The position numbers and the translations under genes were made by a program. Under the pieces are notes generated by a model, which saw only the letters and a list, made by a program, of their open reading frames with translations, ran no database searches and had not been told where the DNA came from. This document shows, piece by piece, positions 62,578 to 64,000 of a stretch of 64,000 nucleotides of DNA. Each line of letters starts with the position of its first letter. Position 1 is the first letter of the stretch. This stretch comes from Thermodesulfobacteriota bacterium (GTDB lineage Bacteria > Desulfobacterota_D > UBA1144 > Nemesobacterales > Mycalebacteriaceae). The stretch lies in the NCBI GenBank assembly GCA_965205855.1, contig OZ242184.1, positions 352,001-416,000 of the forward strand, written 5' to 3'.

Positions 62578-62930
62578 TGTTAATTAATATAGAAAACCTG
62601 AGACTCAGAACAATTATCGGGATATTTGAATGGGAGAAGAAAAACCTCCAAGATATAGTGATAAACGTGGAGATGGAGGTTGATTGCCGGGAGCCGGTCT
62701 TACGGGATGATATTTCAAGCACGGTGGATTACAAAAATCTGACCAAACAAATCATAGGTTTGATTGAAGGCGGGAAGTTCGGACTTCTGGAAACAGTCGC
62801 GGGCAGAGTTGCGGAGATTGCCCTTTCCGATGAAAAAGTTCGCAAAGTCGCGGTCAGGGTCGAAAAGCCCGGAGCGCTCAGATTTGCCGACTCGGTTTCG
62901 GTAACATATACGGATGAAAGACGGCAGTAA
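62577..62930 (+). CDS. Dihydroneopterin aldolase/epimerase (FolB/FolX family)
   Basis: IENLRLRTIIG..EWE, TVDY, LLE and KPGALRFADSVSV motifs. Confidence 0.9.
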   Translation: MLINIENLRLRTIIGIFEWEKKNLQDIVINVEMEVDCREPVLRDDISSTVDYKNLTKQIIGLIEGGKFGLLETVAGRVAEIALSDEKVRKVAVRVEKPGALRFADSVSVTYTDERRQ

Positions 62931-62955
62931 CGACCGACACCGGAGACTTGGGCTT

Positions 62956-64000
62956 GTGAAAAACTCAAAAAACTTCAAGGCAAAGGGTGTGAAGTGGAAT
63001 TTGTCCGACCTCTATTCCGGTCCGGACGACAGGAAAATCAGAAAGAATGTTGAGGAGTGCCTTAAACGCGCCTCGTCTTTTGAAAAAAAATACAGAAACA
63101 CTGTTTCAACGGGGAAATTGTCCGCCGTGCGTTTCTTTGAGATGCTGAAAACCCTTGAGGCAATCAGTGAATCGGCGGCGAAAATCTACTCCTACGCCCA
63201 CCTGTTGCATGCGGCAAACACGAGCGACCCCAAGACGGGAGCGTTGCTCCAATACGCCCGGGAACAGTATACGGAAATAAACGCCCACCTTCTTTTTTTC
63301 GACATTGAGTTTGTGAGAATGTCCGCGAAAAAAACGGAGAAACTTTTTAGAAACAGAAAACTCGCCCCGTATCGTCACTTCCTCGATATAAAACTTTCCC
63401 ACAAGCCCCATACTCTCGGTGAAAAAGAAGAGAAATTGATGATGGAAAAATCCGTTACGGGGTCGGGAGCATTCAAAAGATTTTTTGACGAATTCGTCGC
63501 GGATATGAGTTTTGAAGTAACAATTCCCGGGAAAACCCGCAAAATCAGCGAGACTGAGACTTTGTCTCTGCTCTACAGTTCCGACAGACAAACGCGAAAA
63601 GCGGCGGCACGGGGCCTTACTGGAGGACTCAAAGAAAACTCGAAAACTCTCACTTTTATTTTCAACACGCTTGTTGCCGACCATTGGCTAAATGACAGAA
63701 TCAGGATGTTCAAAACCCCCATGTCTTCGAGAAACCTTGCCAATGAGGTTGACGGAAAAGTCATTGACCGTTTGCTTGAGGCGTGCGAAGCCAACTACGG
63801 ACTTGTCAAACGCTACTACAAATTCAAAAAGAAGCTGCTCGGTTTGAGAGATTTTGCCGATTACGACAGATATGCTCCCGTCCATCCGCTCCGCAAGAAA
63901 ATCAGTTTCGACGAAGCGCGCGAGGTAGTTCTTGAATCTCTGGAAAGCTTTTCCGGTCAGATGGCGGACACCGCGCGGCTTTTCTTTGACAACAATTGGA
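62956..64000 (+). CDS. M3 family oligoendopeptidase (PepF-like); 3' end beyond the window
   Basis: Not in the ORF track because there is no stop. Translation gives KWNLSDLY...KPHTLGEKEE...RYYKFKKKLLGL...YDRYAP. Start is GTG 62956 or ATG 62914. Confidence 0.85.
   Translation, partial: MKNSKNFKAKGVKWNLSDLYSGPDDRKIRKNVEECLKRASSFEKKYRNTVSTGKLSAVRFFEMLKTLEAISESAAKIYSYAHLLHAANTSDPKTGALLQYAREQYTEINAHLLFFDIEFVRMSAKKTEKLFRNRKLAPYRHFLDIKLSHKPHTLGEKEEKLMMEKSVTGSGAFKRFFDEFVADMSFEVTIPGKTRKISETETLSLLYSSDRQTRKAAARGLTGGLKENSKTLTFIFNTLVADHWLNDRIRMFKTPMSSRNLANEVDGKVIDRLLEACEANYGLVKRYYKFKKKLLGLRDFADYDRYAPVHPLRKKISFDEAREVVLESLESFSGQMADTARLFFDNNW

Overview
Bacterial chromosome segment of moderate GC, densely packed with about 65 mostly housekeeping genes (argG, argBDF, hisAF, mqnAD, gyrB, proS, ispG, recA, parAB, purSQ, xerC-hslVU, pheS, secDF-yajC, dapB, sucD, tkt/pgi/rpiA, folM/folX-like), plus one CAT-anticodon tRNA and RNase P RNA. 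Compact spacing, the futalosine pathway and split operons suggest a streamlined deltaproteobacteria-like lineage; Candidatus Dadabacteria is my unverified guess. No CRISPR array, prophage or IS was seen. The main accessory feature is a single gene 3 nt downstream of gyrB (22468-25023). It encodes an Mrr-like nuclease plus an SF2 helicase of Type ISP-like layout, but a tandem array of near-identical 66-aa (198-bp) repeats stands where the methyltransferase and target-recognition domains normally sit, and the core differences between repeats are all non-synonymous and clustered. Other points of interest: an uncharacterised membrane protein plus exported vWA-like pair, a TusA-CysM-Mec operon with no adjacent ubiquitin-like carrier, a pgpA that apparently starts at CTG, and an ABC heterodimer with an internal NBD deletion. 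All calls come from reading motifs by eye; no database searches were run.
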